Assembly (NCBI GenBank): GCA_016125385.1
Contig: WGLV01000013.1
Span: 26,006 to 90,005 of the forward strand
Length of the DNA: 64,000 bases
From: a bacterium
GTDB lineage: Bacteria > Hinthialibacterota > Hinthialibacteria > Hinthialibacterales > Hinthialibacteraceae
Direction of reading: 5' to 3'
Position numbers and translations under genes: made by a program. Positions 55,720 through 64,000 of this stretch are shown in pieces; the stretch's first letter is position 1; every line of letters starts with the position of its first letter. The notes below the pieces were generated by a model. The model had not been told where the DNA came from and made no database searches. It saw nothing but the letters and a program-made list of their open reading frames with translations.

Positions 55720-56220
55720 TCAGCGGCGGCGGTCGTCCGAAGGCAACAACATTCTCATGCGGCGGACCACTTCATCTTCATTACGAATATCCGCCGCGAT
55801 TGTTTTCGCGTAATAATCCTCCGCCTTGTCGCGTACTCCCAACAGCGCGTAAGCGTCGGCGAGACGGAGAAACAGGATGGGCTGATTGGGCGAGAGGCGC
55901 AGCGCTTCCTGATATTTTTCCACGGAGAGTTTTAAAAAGGGAATCTGGGCGTTGCGATTATCGAACAGAAACGCTTTGACGAAATACTTGTCGCCCAGTT
56001 GCAGATACGTGACCGACCGTTCGCGCAGGTCCGACGATTGGCTGGAGAGAAGGGCGTCCAGTTGTTCGATCTCCTGATTGATCGTCTCTTTACTGGCGCT
56101 GCGGACTTCGCTGAGAATGAATACGGGCGTCGGCAGGGGTTTTTCCCACCGCAACGCTTCCACGCACGTCCAACCGAAGACGAGCCAGATCACGCCGAGT
56201 ATCACGTATAAAAAGCGCAT
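55720..56220 (-). CDS. Membrane-anchored TPR-like repeat protein (hypothetical)
   Basis: 166 aa. N-terminal TM helix (FLYVILGVIWLVFGW), then TPR-like helical pairs (YLQLGDKYFVKAF...; LADAYALLGVRDKAEDYY). Confidence 0.4.
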   Translation of the reverse strand: MRFLYVILGVIWLVFGWTCVEALRWEKPLPTPVFILSEVRSASKETINQEIEQLDALLSSQSSDLRERSVTYLQLGDKYFVKAFLFDNRNAQIPFLKLSVEKYQEALRLSPNQPILFLRLADAYALLGVRDKAEDYYAKTIAADIRNEDEVVRRMRMLLPSDDRRR

Positions 56221-56344
56221 GGTTTACTCATTCACACATAAATTCACTGCCGTGTATTGTACCTTTCAATCTCTGAAATCGCCGTCTCTACTTCGGCCCA
56301 TCCCGGTGAATCGGCGCGGGTTCGTGCGATTCCGCCCCGCCTGA

Positions 56345-57721
56345 ATGGAACAATATCACAAGCGCCGTTACAATGAACGACTGGAATACCGTACCTCCGG
56401 GGAGAAACCGATGACCGTTATGGATTTGCCCGTCATTCAGCCCACGCGCGTCAAGCCGCTGCAGTCGGTGTTAATCAAACCGACCGGCGCCGACTGCAAC
56501 CTCGATTGCGTCTACTGCTTCTACCTCGAAAAAGCCGAGCTCTACCCCAACGCCAAAGTCCATCGCATGAGCGTCGAAGTGTTGGAAGAAATGGTCCGCC
56601 AGATTATGAACGACGGCGGACAGCAGGTGTCGTTCGGCTGGCAGGGCGGCGAACCCACCATGATGGGAGTCGATTTTTTTCGCAAGGCGGTTGAATTCCA
56701 ACAGAAGTACGGCCGGCGCGGCCAGGTGGTCGGCAACGGCCTGCAAACCAACGGCCTGCTGATTAACGAAGAATGGTGCGAATTTCTTCGGGAATACCAG
56801 TTTCTGGTGGGGCTGTCGCTCGACGGGCCTGAACACATTCACGACAAATACCGTTTCACCAAGGGCGGTCGCCCCTCGTGGGAACGCGTGCGCGAATCGG
56901 GACGACTGATGCTCGACCGGGGCGTCGCGGTCAACGCGCTGGTGGTGGTCAACGATTATTCGTGCAACTACGCCGATGAAATCTATGATTTTCATAAAGA
57001 CATGGGGTTTGAATTCATGCAGTTCATCCCCTGCGTCGAACTCGATCACGCCGACTCAAGCCGAGCGGCGTCCTGGTCGGTTTCGGCGGAGCAGTACGGG
57101 CGTTTTCTCTGCGATATCTTCGACCGCTGGAAGGCCGATTTCCGCGATGGAAAACCCACGACCTCTGTCCGCTGGATCGATTCGGTCTTTCACACCTACG
57201 TCGGTATGCAGCCGCCGGAATGCACTCTGTTGCAGGAATGCGGATGTTACGTGGTGGTCGAACACAACGGCGACATCTATTCATGCGACTTCTTCGTCGA
57301 ACCCGAGTGGAAACTGGGTAACCTGACCGAAGGCCGCATCATTGAGATGCTCAACAGCGAGCGTCAGCAGGAATTCGGCGTATGGAAATCGAAACTGCCG
57401 CCTGAATGCCCCGAATGCCAGTGGTTGACGCACTGCTGGGGCGGTTGCACCAAGGACCGGCTGCGCGATCCGCATGACCGGGGTTCGAATCACTTTTGCC
57501 AGTCATACATCATGTTCTTTGAGCACGCCGACGCCGAATTACGGCGGCTGGCCGACGAATGGCTGGAAAACCAGCAACGCGAACACGACGCCGCCGAGCG
57601 CCGTCTGCGCGAGCTGCGTCAATCCGTATCCGCCTCAACGCCCCCGGCGCCCGAGGTGGGACGAAACGAGCCCTGCCCCTGCGGCAGCGGCAAAAAATAT
57701 AAAAAATGCTGTGGAAAATGA
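56345..57721 (+). CDS. Radical SAM / SPASM-domain maturase (anaerobic sulfatase-maturating-enzyme-like) with C-terminal SEC-C zinc-finger motif
   Basis: CNLDCVYCFY (CxxxCxxC radical-SAM cluster). Multiple downstream Cys clusters of a SPASM domain (CTLLQECGC...SCDFF; CPECQWLTHCWGGC). The last 20 aa, EPCPCGSGKKYKKCCGK, match the SecA C-terminal SEC-C motif. An alternative start is at 56411 (MTVMDLPV). Confidence 0.8.
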   Translation: MEQYHKRRYNERLEYRTSGEKPMTVMDLPVIQPTRVKPLQSVLIKPTGADCNLDCVYCFYLEKAELYPNAKVHRMSVEVLEEMVRQIMNDGGQQVSFGWQGGEPTMMGVDFFRKAVEFQQKYGRRGQVVGNGLQTNGLLINEEWCEFLREYQFLVGLSLDGPEHIHDKYRFTKGGRPSWERVRESGRLMLDRGVAVNALVVVNDYSCNYADEIYDFHKDMGFEFMQFIPCVELDHADSSRAASWSVSAEQYGRFLCDIFDRWKADFRDGKPTTSVRWIDSVFHTYVGMQPPECTLLQECGCYVVVEHNGDIYSCDFFVEPEWKLGNLTEGRIIEMLNSERQQEFGVWKSKLPPECPECQWLTHCWGGCTKDRLRDPHDRGSNHFCQSYIMFFEHADAELRRLADEWLENQQREHDAAERRLRELRQSVSASTPPAPEVGRNEPCPCGSGKKYKKCCGK

Positions 57722-57823
57722 CTTGCCCGGTTCCGGGAAGACTGCTAAATTTCATCCTGTAGTGATATTCATTTTTTTGCGCGCTGCGTGTTGAGTTGAT
57801 GCTGCTGGATTGGAGGCTTTCTG

Positions 57824-58507
57824 TTGGGATCGCTGCTTGTTTTTAACAAACAGTACGACGATCTGCTGTCCACCGTGTTGTATCATCCCGAACAACCGAC
57901 CAGTGGAACGCTGGATCGGTTGTTGTCAGCCGCCGCCGATGAAGGCGAGCAGGTGACTTTTATTCTATGCTCGATCGACCAGTTCGACGAACTCGCCTCC
58001 AACCCGCGCCGTAAAACCGTCTTGAAAAAAGCCTGCGCCGGCATGATCGGCGTACTTGTTGAACAAACCCCGCAGGACGTATATCTCGATTGCCCCGGCG
58101 TAAACCAGTTTTTACTGATTCTGCCCAACATCACTTGTGAACGCGCACACGATTTCGCTGAAGAGATTCAGCGGCGCTTTACCGCGCTCGCCTCAAAAAT
58201 CCGGTCGCGCCCGGCGGTGACGATCACCATGAGCGCCGCCTGCGCGGCGTTTCCCGCTGACGCCGACAATCGCGCCGACCTGCTCAGGGGGTTGCGTGAG
58301 TCGATCAAACGATGTCAGAAAGAGCGCGAAGGATGCGTTTGCGCTTTCGCTCCCCCCGATCTGGAACCGGTCAAAGTCAATCTCACCGCCACTCAGATTC
58401 AGGCGCTTGAAGCGATCGCCTCCGATCAGAACAGCGCCATTGACGCGCTCGTCCGCGCGGCCGTCGATGGCTTTCTGGAAGAAAATCGCCCCTCATTGAG
58501 TGAATAA
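57824..58507 (+). CDS. Degenerate GGDEF-like domain protein (predicted non-catalytic)
   Basis: YLDCPGVNQFLLILPNITCERAHDFAEEIQRRF aligns to the RYGGEEF-VILLP...A.E.AERIR region of diguanylate cyclases, but the GG(D/E)EF residues are replaced. Confidence 0.45.
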   Translation: MGSLLVFNKQYDDLLSTVLYHPEQPTSGTLDRLLSAAADEGEQVTFILCSIDQFDELASNPRRKTVLKKACAGMIGVLVEQTPQDVYLDCPGVNQFLLILPNITCERAHDFAEEIQRRFTALASKIRSRPAVTITMSAACAAFPADADNRADLLRGLRESIKRCQKEREGCVCAFAPPDLEPVKVNLTATQIQALEAIASDQNSAIDALVRAAVDGFLEENRPSLSE

Positions 58508-58648
58508 CCTCTCCTCGAATAAACCGCTCTGTTAATAAGACTTGCTGATTTTACCGCAAGTGAACATGCGAGCAGGCACGCCGTTTGCACAGTAACGATC
58601 CGCAAGGCTTATTTCTCCAAAATTTCAAACACTTGTGGAGGCGTTATC

Positions 58649-59281
58649 GTGACCGATTTTGAAAAAAGACGAAAAAGAAACTCTGACGACCATGGCCAGC
58701 CGGAGGAATGGGAACGTCTGCTCGACGACGTCACCGTCGCCCGCGATTACCACGAGGCGACATGGAACCCGAACATTCTGGCGGCCATCTGCGACCAGAA
58801 CAGCCATGCGCCGTTGAACGAACTTCAGATCGCCCCGATCCCTTCAAAAGAGGTCGAAAAACAGCTGGACGCCATCCGGCGCATTGCGATGAAAAAGCTC
58901 AGCGGAATCAACCAGCAGTGCATTCTGGCGTTGATGTCGACCGGGGCGGGGCCGCGCCGTCTCGCCCAGTTATTGCGCGTGTCTGAAGACACCGTGTTGC
59001 GCGCGTTCAAACGAGGGGTCAAGGTCATCCGTGAATGCCTGGGCGAAAAAGCGTCGCTGGATTTCCCCACTGAAAAGGGGAAACGCCCCGTGGTGAGGGC
59101 GGCGGTGATGCCGCTCGACCTGGTGGAAGAGCGCGAACGCTTCGCGGCGTTCATCAATGAGCGGACGATTATGCACGTGTCATATCGCGGCGACGATCTG
59201 TTTCGTGAGGCGCTGGTAATTTATCTGGTGGGCAAAATGGGGAGCGGAAGGCGTAGGGAAACGCTGAACGATGCGGCGTAA
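58649..59281 (+). CDS. Hypothetical regulator with sigma-70-region-4-like helix-turn-helix
   Basis: ILALMSTGAGPRRLAQLLRVSEDTVLRAFKRGVKVIRECL resembles region 4 (-35 binding HTH) of ECF-type sigma factors. The rest is unassigned. Confidence 0.4.
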   Translation: MTDFEKRRKRNSDDHGQPEEWERLLDDVTVARDYHEATWNPNILAAICDQNSHAPLNELQIAPIPSKEVEKQLDAIRRIAMKKLSGINQQCILALMSTGAGPRRLAQLLRVSEDTVLRAFKRGVKVIRECLGEKASLDFPTEKGKRPVVRAAVMPLDLVEERERFAAFINERTIMHVSYRGDDLFREALVIYLVGKMGSGRRRETLNDAA

Positions 59282-59284
59282 GTC

Positions 59285-60172
59285 TTATTTCTTCTTTTTG
59301 GGCGGCTCGCCGCAGTCACGGCCGACCGCGCCGCAATTCTGGCAGACCCATTTTTCTTCGGTCTGAAGCAAAAGGTAAAACGCGCCCAGAATCAAGACGA
59401 ATCCCCACCCGCCCCATAACGAGACGAACATCATGATGCACAGCATGATGCCAAGCCAGAGCGCGATGAGAATCATGAAGATGTTATACCGCTGGCGGCG
59501 TTCGATATCGATGATGCCTCCACAGGAGGCGCAGGGAGGAAAGTGAACCGGGGCCTGCGGCGGCGGAGGTTCGGGTTTTTTCTTTTTTGCGCCTTGCAGC
59601 CGGGGCAGCGGCCCCGAAGGCTGAACGGAGGGTTCGGAAACAGGCGGGGCGGGGGCGTATCCTCCTCCCCAGTTCTCTTCGCCGGTTTCATCGTACTGCT
59701 CTTCCTCGGGGGGCGGGGCTTCTTCTTCAACGGGAGCGGGCTCGCCGTTTAATTCGGCTTCTTCTTCCGTGGGCGCGGGTTCTTCTTCAGTCAGATCGGG
59801 GGGGGCAACCGCTTCCGGTTCTTCTCTGGTTTCGGGATTCCGGTCTTCTTCGTCAATGGAATACGCGCCAACGATTTCCTGAAAAAGATTCTCATTTCTG
59901 ATCGGGTCGAACTCGCGGTCTTCCTTCGCCCAGTCGACGCATTGCGGGGCGAGCTGTGCGGCGCGGTGCAAATATTTGATCGCGTTATGCGTATCGCCCA
60001 GCATGGAATAACAGCAGGCGAGGTTATACATCGCCTCGAACGATTGCGCGTCTTCCATGATCGCTTCGTACAGAAATTGAGACGCCTCCTGGTATTCTCC
60101 CTTGTGGAAGAAGGTGAGGCCCTTCTCAAGTAGAAGCCGCGCTTTGTTCGCGCTTTTGGATTCCGCGGGCAT
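59285..60172 (-). CDS. TPR - acidic Pro/Glu-rich linker - zinc-ribbon - double-TM protein (hypothetical)
   Basis: N-terminal TPR pair. Long E/P-rich acidic low-complexity stretch, CASCGG...C-x2-C cysteine pairs flanking two hydrophobic helices, and a poly-Lys C-terminus. Confidence 0.45.
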   Translation of the reverse strand: MPAESKSANKARLLLEKGLTFFHKGEYQEASQFLYEAIMEDAQSFEAMYNLACCYSMLGDTHNAIKYLHRAAQLAPQCVDWAKEDREFDPIRNENLFQEIVGAYSIDEEDRNPETREEPEAVAPPDLTEEEPAPTEEEAELNGEPAPVEEEAPPPEEEQYDETGEENWGGGYAPAPPVSEPSVQPSGPLPRLQGAKKKKPEPPPPQAPVHFPPCASCGGIIDIERRQRYNIFMILIALWLGIMLCIMMFVSLWGGWGFVLILGAFYLLLQTEEKWVCQNCGAVGRDCGEPPKKKK

Positions 60173-60402
60173 GTCCGCCGCCTATCTCGTTCGATTCGCT
60201 TGGCTTATCAGCGTTACATTCTGGATAACGCTATTTTACGATGAAAAAATCTTTTTTGGGGAGTTTTTTTTCAAAAAATTACATGGGCCCATGTCTGAAT
60301 CGAATATAAGCTGAGACTTTCAACCCGGTTAGAACCGATAAGAATTAAATCGAATTTTTGAAGTTATACCAGTGATAATCTTTTTTTGAAAAAAATGACT
60401 TG

Positions 60403-60422
60403 ACACCACAATATATTGGGTC
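60403..60422 (+). promoter_or_regulatory. Candidate NrdR box upstream of nrdJ
   Basis: ACACCACAATATATTGGGTC contains the near-palindromic core CACAATATATTG, which matches the NrdR operator consensus (acaCwAtATaTwGtgt) ~115 nt upstream of the nrdJ start. A consensus AAGGAG RBS sits 7 nt before the ATG. Confidence 0.4.
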
Positions 60423-60537
60423 TAATTTCTATTTCGCCTCAACAGGTAGGAAATTAATCGCATGATTTTGTGTTGATATTCATCTGACAAAATTACGATA
60501 ACAATTCAATAAAAGTTATGCTATAAGGAGAATCCTG

Positions 60538-63339
60538 ATGGCAATTCTCGACTCGAACCGCCTCAAGGCGCAGGGCGAAACCATGATTACCGACAAGAAG
60601 AATTCAAGCGAAAAATCCGAAACACGCAAGTTACGTTTCTCACGACGCTATACCGAGGCGGGAAAAGCGCCGTTCGATCAGGTCGAGTGGGAAAAACGCG
60701 ACGCCGTGATCTCCGGTGAAAAAGGCGACGTTGTTTTTGAACAGCGTGGAGTCGAGTTCCCCAAAAAGTGGTCGCAACTCGCGACCAATGTGGTGGTATC
60801 AAAATACTTTCGCGGCACAATGGGCTCGCCCGAGCGTGAAAGCAGCGTCCGCCAGCTGATCGGCCGCGTGGTCAACACCATTGTCTCATGGGGTCAGCGC
60901 CAGATGTATTTCGCCACCCAGAACGATCAGGACGCCTTCCGCGATGAGTTAACCTACCTGCTGCTTCATCAGCACGCGTCGTTCAACAGCCCCGTCTGGT
61001 TTAACGTGGGCGTTGAAAAAGAGCCCCAGTGCTCAGCCTGTTTCATCAATTCGGTCAACGATACGATGGAATCGATCCTCACCCTGGCGCGCACCGAAGG
61101 CATGCTGTTCAAATTCGGCTCGGGCACGGGGTCGAACTTGTCGGCCATCCGTTCATCGAAAGAGAAACTGCGCGGCGGCGGCAGCGCCTCCGGCCCGGTC
61201 TCGTTCATGAAGGGCTATGACGCGTTCGCCGGCGTAATCAAATCGGGCGGCAAAACCCGCCGCGCCGCCAAGATGGTGATTCTCAATATGGATCACCCCG
61301 ACGTCGTTGAATTCATTCAAAGCAAGGCGAAAGAAGAGAAAAAAGCCTGGGCGTTGATCGACGCGGGTTACGATTCGTCGTTCAACGGCGAAGCCTACAG
61401 TTCAATCTTCTTCCAAAACGCCAACCACAGCGTGCGCGTGACCGATGATTACATGCGCGCGGTGGAGGAAAACGGCGAGTGGAGCACGAAGTACGTATTG
61501 GGCGGCGCCCCCTGTGAAACCTACAAGGCGCGCGACCTGATGCGCATGGTGGCGCAGTGCACCTACGACTGCGGCGACCCCGGCATGCAGTTCCATACCA
61601 CCGTTAACAAGTGGCACACCTGCCCCGCCGACGGCCCCATCAACGCCTCCAACCCGTGCTCTGAATATATGTTCCTCGACGATACCGCCTGCAACCTGGC
61701 GTCGATCAACCTGATGAAGTACATGCGCGAGGATGGAACCTTCGACGTGGACGCCTTCAAACACACCGTCGACGTGATGATCACCGCGCAGGAGATTCTG
61801 GTCGATAACGCCAGCTACCCGACGGAAAAAATCGATGAGAAAAGCCATATCTTCCGCACGCTGGGGCTGGGTTACGCCAACCTGGGCGCACTGTTGATGG
61901 CCAATGGCCTGCCCTACGACAGCGATGAAGGACGCGGCTACGCGGCGGCGATCACTTCGCTGATGTGCGGCGAAGCCTACGCGCAGAGCGCGCGGATCGC
62001 CGAGTCGATGGGGCCGTTCGAGGGCTACGCCCGCAACGAAAAACCTATGCTCGACGTGATCCGTATGCACCGCGACGCCTCGTACGGCATCGATTCACGT
62101 CTCGCGCCCAAACGCCTGCATGACGCCGCCAACCAGTCATGGGAAGACGCGGTGCAGCTGGGTGAAAGCCACGGATACCGCAACGCCCAGGTCACCGTGC
62201 TGGCCCCGACCGGTACCATCGCCTTCATGATGGATTGCGACACCACCGGCATCGAGCCCGATATCGCGCTGGTGAAATACAAGAGCCTTGTAGGCGGCGG
62301 CGTGTTGAAAATCGTCAATAACACCGTACCCAAGGCGCTGAAAAAACTGGGTTACAGCCAGGACCAGGTGTTGAAGGTCGTTGGCTACGTCGATGAAAAC
62401 GACACCATCGAAGGCGCGCCCGCGCTGAACGATGACCACCTGCCGGTTTTCGACTGCGCCTTCAAGCCCGCCAACGGCAAGCGCTCGATTCATTACATGG
62501 GCCACATCCGCATGATGGGCGCGGTTCAGCCCTTTATCTCGGGCGCGATCTCCAAAACGGTGAATCTGCCTGAAGAAGCCAGCGTCGAAGAGATTGAAAA
62601 CGCCTACATGGCCGCCTGGAAACTCGGTCTCAAAGCGGTGGCGATCTACCGTGACGGCTGCAAAAAGGTTCAGCCGCTTCAGACCCGCAAGAGCAGCAGC
62701 AAGGCGGAAGCGAAACCCGCCGCCGAGACGAGCGCCCCGGGCAAACCCTACCGCCGCCGTCTGCCCGACGAACGCGAGGCGATCACCCACAAATTCAGCA
62801 TCGCGGGGCACGAGGGCTATATCACCGTCGGCCTGTTCCCCGACGGCATGCCCGGCGAGATCTTTTTGACCATGGCCAAAGAAGGCAGCGTGGTTTCGGG
62901 CCTGATGGACGCCTTCGCCACGGCGATTTCGCTGGCGTTGCAGTACGGCGTTCCGCTGGAGGTTCTGGTCAATAAGTTCTCACACACGCGCTTTGAACCG
63001 GCGGGCTTCACCGGTAATCCGGAGATTCCCATCGCCAAGTCGATCACCGATTACATTTTCCGCTGGCTGGCTTCGAAGTTCCTCAACAAAGAGGCTCAGC
63101 AGCAACTTGGAATCATCGACCGGAGCAAAAAAGCGACCGCGAACGATTACAGCGACCTCAACGGCGTGGATAACGGCCTCTCGCCCGCGAGCGAAGACAG
63201 TGGAGCCAATAAAAACGGCGGCTTCACCTTCGAAGTGCAGGCCGACGCGCCTCCCTGCCACGAATGCGGCGCGATCATGGTGCGCAACGGAGCGTGTTAC
63301 AAGTGCATGAACTGCGGCGCGACCAGCGGCTGTTCGTGA
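60538..63339 (+). CDS. nrdJ: Adenosylcobalamin-dependent (class II) ribonucleoside-diphosphate/triphosphate reductase
   Basis: 933 aa. Class II RNR blocks (ATQNDQDAF..., CSACFINSV, SNPCSEYMFLDDTACNLASINL, thiyl-radical Cys region) and a C-terminal CxxC...CxxC zinc ribbon. Confidence 0.9.
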   Translation: MAILDSNRLKAQGETMITDKKNSSEKSETRKLRFSRRYTEAGKAPFDQVEWEKRDAVISGEKGDVVFEQRGVEFPKKWSQLATNVVVSKYFRGTMGSPERESSVRQLIGRVVNTIVSWGQRQMYFATQNDQDAFRDELTYLLLHQHASFNSPVWFNVGVEKEPQCSACFINSVNDTMESILTLARTEGMLFKFGSGTGSNLSAIRSSKEKLRGGGSASGPVSFMKGYDAFAGVIKSGGKTRRAAKMVILNMDHPDVVEFIQSKAKEEKKAWALIDAGYDSSFNGEAYSSIFFQNANHSVRVTDDYMRAVEENGEWSTKYVLGGAPCETYKARDLMRMVAQCTYDCGDPGMQFHTTVNKWHTCPADGPINASNPCSEYMFLDDTACNLASINLMKYMREDGTFDVDAFKHTVDVMITAQEILVDNASYPTEKIDEKSHIFRTLGLGYANLGALLMANGLPYDSDEGRGYAAAITSLMCGEAYAQSARIAESMGPFEGYARNEKPMLDVIRMHRDASYGIDSRLAPKRLHDAANQSWEDAVQLGESHGYRNAQVTVLAPTGTIAFMMDCDTTGIEPDIALVKYKSLVGGGVLKIVNNTVPKALKKLGYSQDQVLKVVGYVDENDTIEGAPALNDDHLPVFDCAFKPANGKRSIHYMGHIRMMGAVQPFISGAISKTVNLPEEASVEEIENAYMAAWKLGLKAVAIYRDGCKKVQPLQTRKSSSKAEAKPAAETSAPGKPYRRRLPDEREAITHKFSIAGHEGYITVGLFPDGMPGEIFLTMAKEGSVVSGLMDAFATAISLALQYGVPLEVLVNKFSHTRFEPAGFTGNPEIPIAKSITDYIFRWLASKFLNKEAQQQLGIIDRSKKATANDYSDLNGVDNGLSPASEDSGANKNGGFTFEVQADAPPCHECGAIMVRNGACYKCMNCGATSGCS

Positions 63340-63394
63340 TCTGAAACGCAAAAAGACGCATCCAATCCTGAAAAAATCTGAATAACCTTCCTTG

Positions 63395-63427
63395 CTCCCC
63401 GGTTTCGGCCGGGGAGTATTTTTTTGC
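63395..63427 (+). terminator. Rho-independent terminator after nrdJ
   Basis: CTCCCCGG-TTTCGG-CCGGGGAG hairpin followed by TATTTTTTT. Confidence 0.6.
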
Positions 63428-63610
63428 CGGTCCGGCTGGCTTGCGGCGTACTCGGCGCCTTACAATCGCATCGAAGCATCGTAAACTAATAGCGATTTTG
63501 CATCCGTCTCATGCGCCGCCGGCCGTCCGGCATCCTGAACCTCATCGAACCGGCGCGCGTTGCGTTGGCGTTGGAAGTTTCATGAAAATGAAACGATGCG
63601 GCGGTAACCC

Positions 63611-64000
63611 ATGCCGGAAAACAAATTACACGTCTGCCTCAATAAGGAAACGCGCGAAGTCTTTTTCGCTTCCATGGTCGATCGCAAAGACCTCCACGCC
63701 GACCTGCGCACGTCTTATAACATCGACAAGGGTATGACGCTGTTAATCATGCCCATTGCGGAAGACTGGAAAGGCGGAACCATCGCCGCCGACGCGATCG
63801 TCAATTCGACGAAATCGATCGAAGCCCACGTCATCCGAACGGAAGGCCGCGGCGCCTTCCGGGTGAGAATGTTAACCGGCGATCAGAAAGACATCGCCGA
63901 ACGGGTGCGATCCGGCGGATTGCGGGGCAACCGCCTCGCCGTCGATGTGCAGGAAGTCGGCGCGATCTTCGAGATTCGCCTCAGCGGGCGCATCGGCGTG
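63611..64000 (+). CDS. Hypothetical protein, 5' part only; runs off the window end
   Basis: Open frame from the ATG at 63611 (MPENKLHVCLNKETREVFFASMVDRKDLHADLRTSYNIDKGMTLLIMPIAEDWKGG...) with genome-typical codon usage and no stop before position 64000. Absent from the ORF track because it is unterminated. Confidence 0.4.
   Translation, partial: MPENKLHVCLNKETREVFFASMVDRKDLHADLRTSYNIDKGMTLLIMPIAEDWKGGTIAADAIVNSTKSIEAHVIRTEGRGAFRVRMLTGDQKDIAERVRSGGLRGNRLAVDVQEVGAIFEIRLSGRIGV

Noticed and set aside
56471-57049. 192-aa minus-strand ORF
   Set aside because: Antisense to the radical SAM/SPASM maturase.
61402-62811. Minus-strand ORFs of 222 and 224 aa
   Set aside because: Antisense to nrdJ.
63441-63737. 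98-aa plus-strand ORF after nrdJ
   Set aside because: It overlaps the nrdJ terminator and is out of frame with the more convincing unterminated ORF starting at 63611. It is considered spurious.

Overview
High-GC (~62%) bacterial chromosomal segment that is densely coding on both strands, with short AT-rich intergenic promoter islands at about 7.3-7.7 kb, 18.0-18.45 kb, 34.35-34.66 kb, 36.5-36.9 kb, 44.1-44.6 kb, 45.6-46.15 kb and 60.2-60.5 kb. The gene content suggests a PVC-type lineage (Planctomycetes/Verrucomicrobia/Lentisphaerae/Kiritimatiellae-like) by inference only: a PVM-like microcompartment locus, a prepilin-type N-methylation protein, a GH116-like enzyme, DUF1080, an anaerobic sulfatase-maturase-like radical SAM enzyme and a histone-H1-like tail. 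Housekeeping genes recognised with confidence are bioD-bioA, moaD-moaE, pckA, an EF-G (probably an EF-G2 paralog), rpmE, class II ribonucleotide reductase nrdJ, an Fe-alcohol dehydrogenase, a DJ-1/PfpI protein, a Nif3 protein, an M16 peptidase and a larC fragment at the left edge. Accessory content: (i) surface-glycan genes (O-antigen-ligase-like, GT4, GT2, RmlA-like, RmlB, Maf/DUF115); (ii) a glycan-utilisation stretch (GH-A hydrolase, MFS, secreted hypothetical; further on, a duplicated lectin-like secreted protein, a prepilin-like protein, a 1266-aa GH116-like enzyme and DUF1080); (iii) a two-gene operon of giant secreted paralogs (1300 and 1254 aa) with TPR, beta-sandwich, DUF3857-like and transglutaminase-like domains, one keeping the Cys-His-Asp triad and the other not; (iv) a compact bacterial-microcompartment locus on the minus strand (BMC-H shell protein, PduL, acylating aldehyde dehydrogenase and two unknowns carrying encapsulation-peptide-like N-termini) with its own intrinsic terminators; (v) a radical-SAM/SPASM maturase carrying a SecA-type SEC-C zinc-finger tail; (vi) a histone-H1-like Lys/Ala-rich tail fused to a Nudix hydrolase; (vii) an orphan FliN/FliY-type switch protein. 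No CRISPR array, rRNA or tRNA was recognised by eye. Many long ORFs in the six-frame track are antisense artefacts of the high GC content and are listed as rejected.
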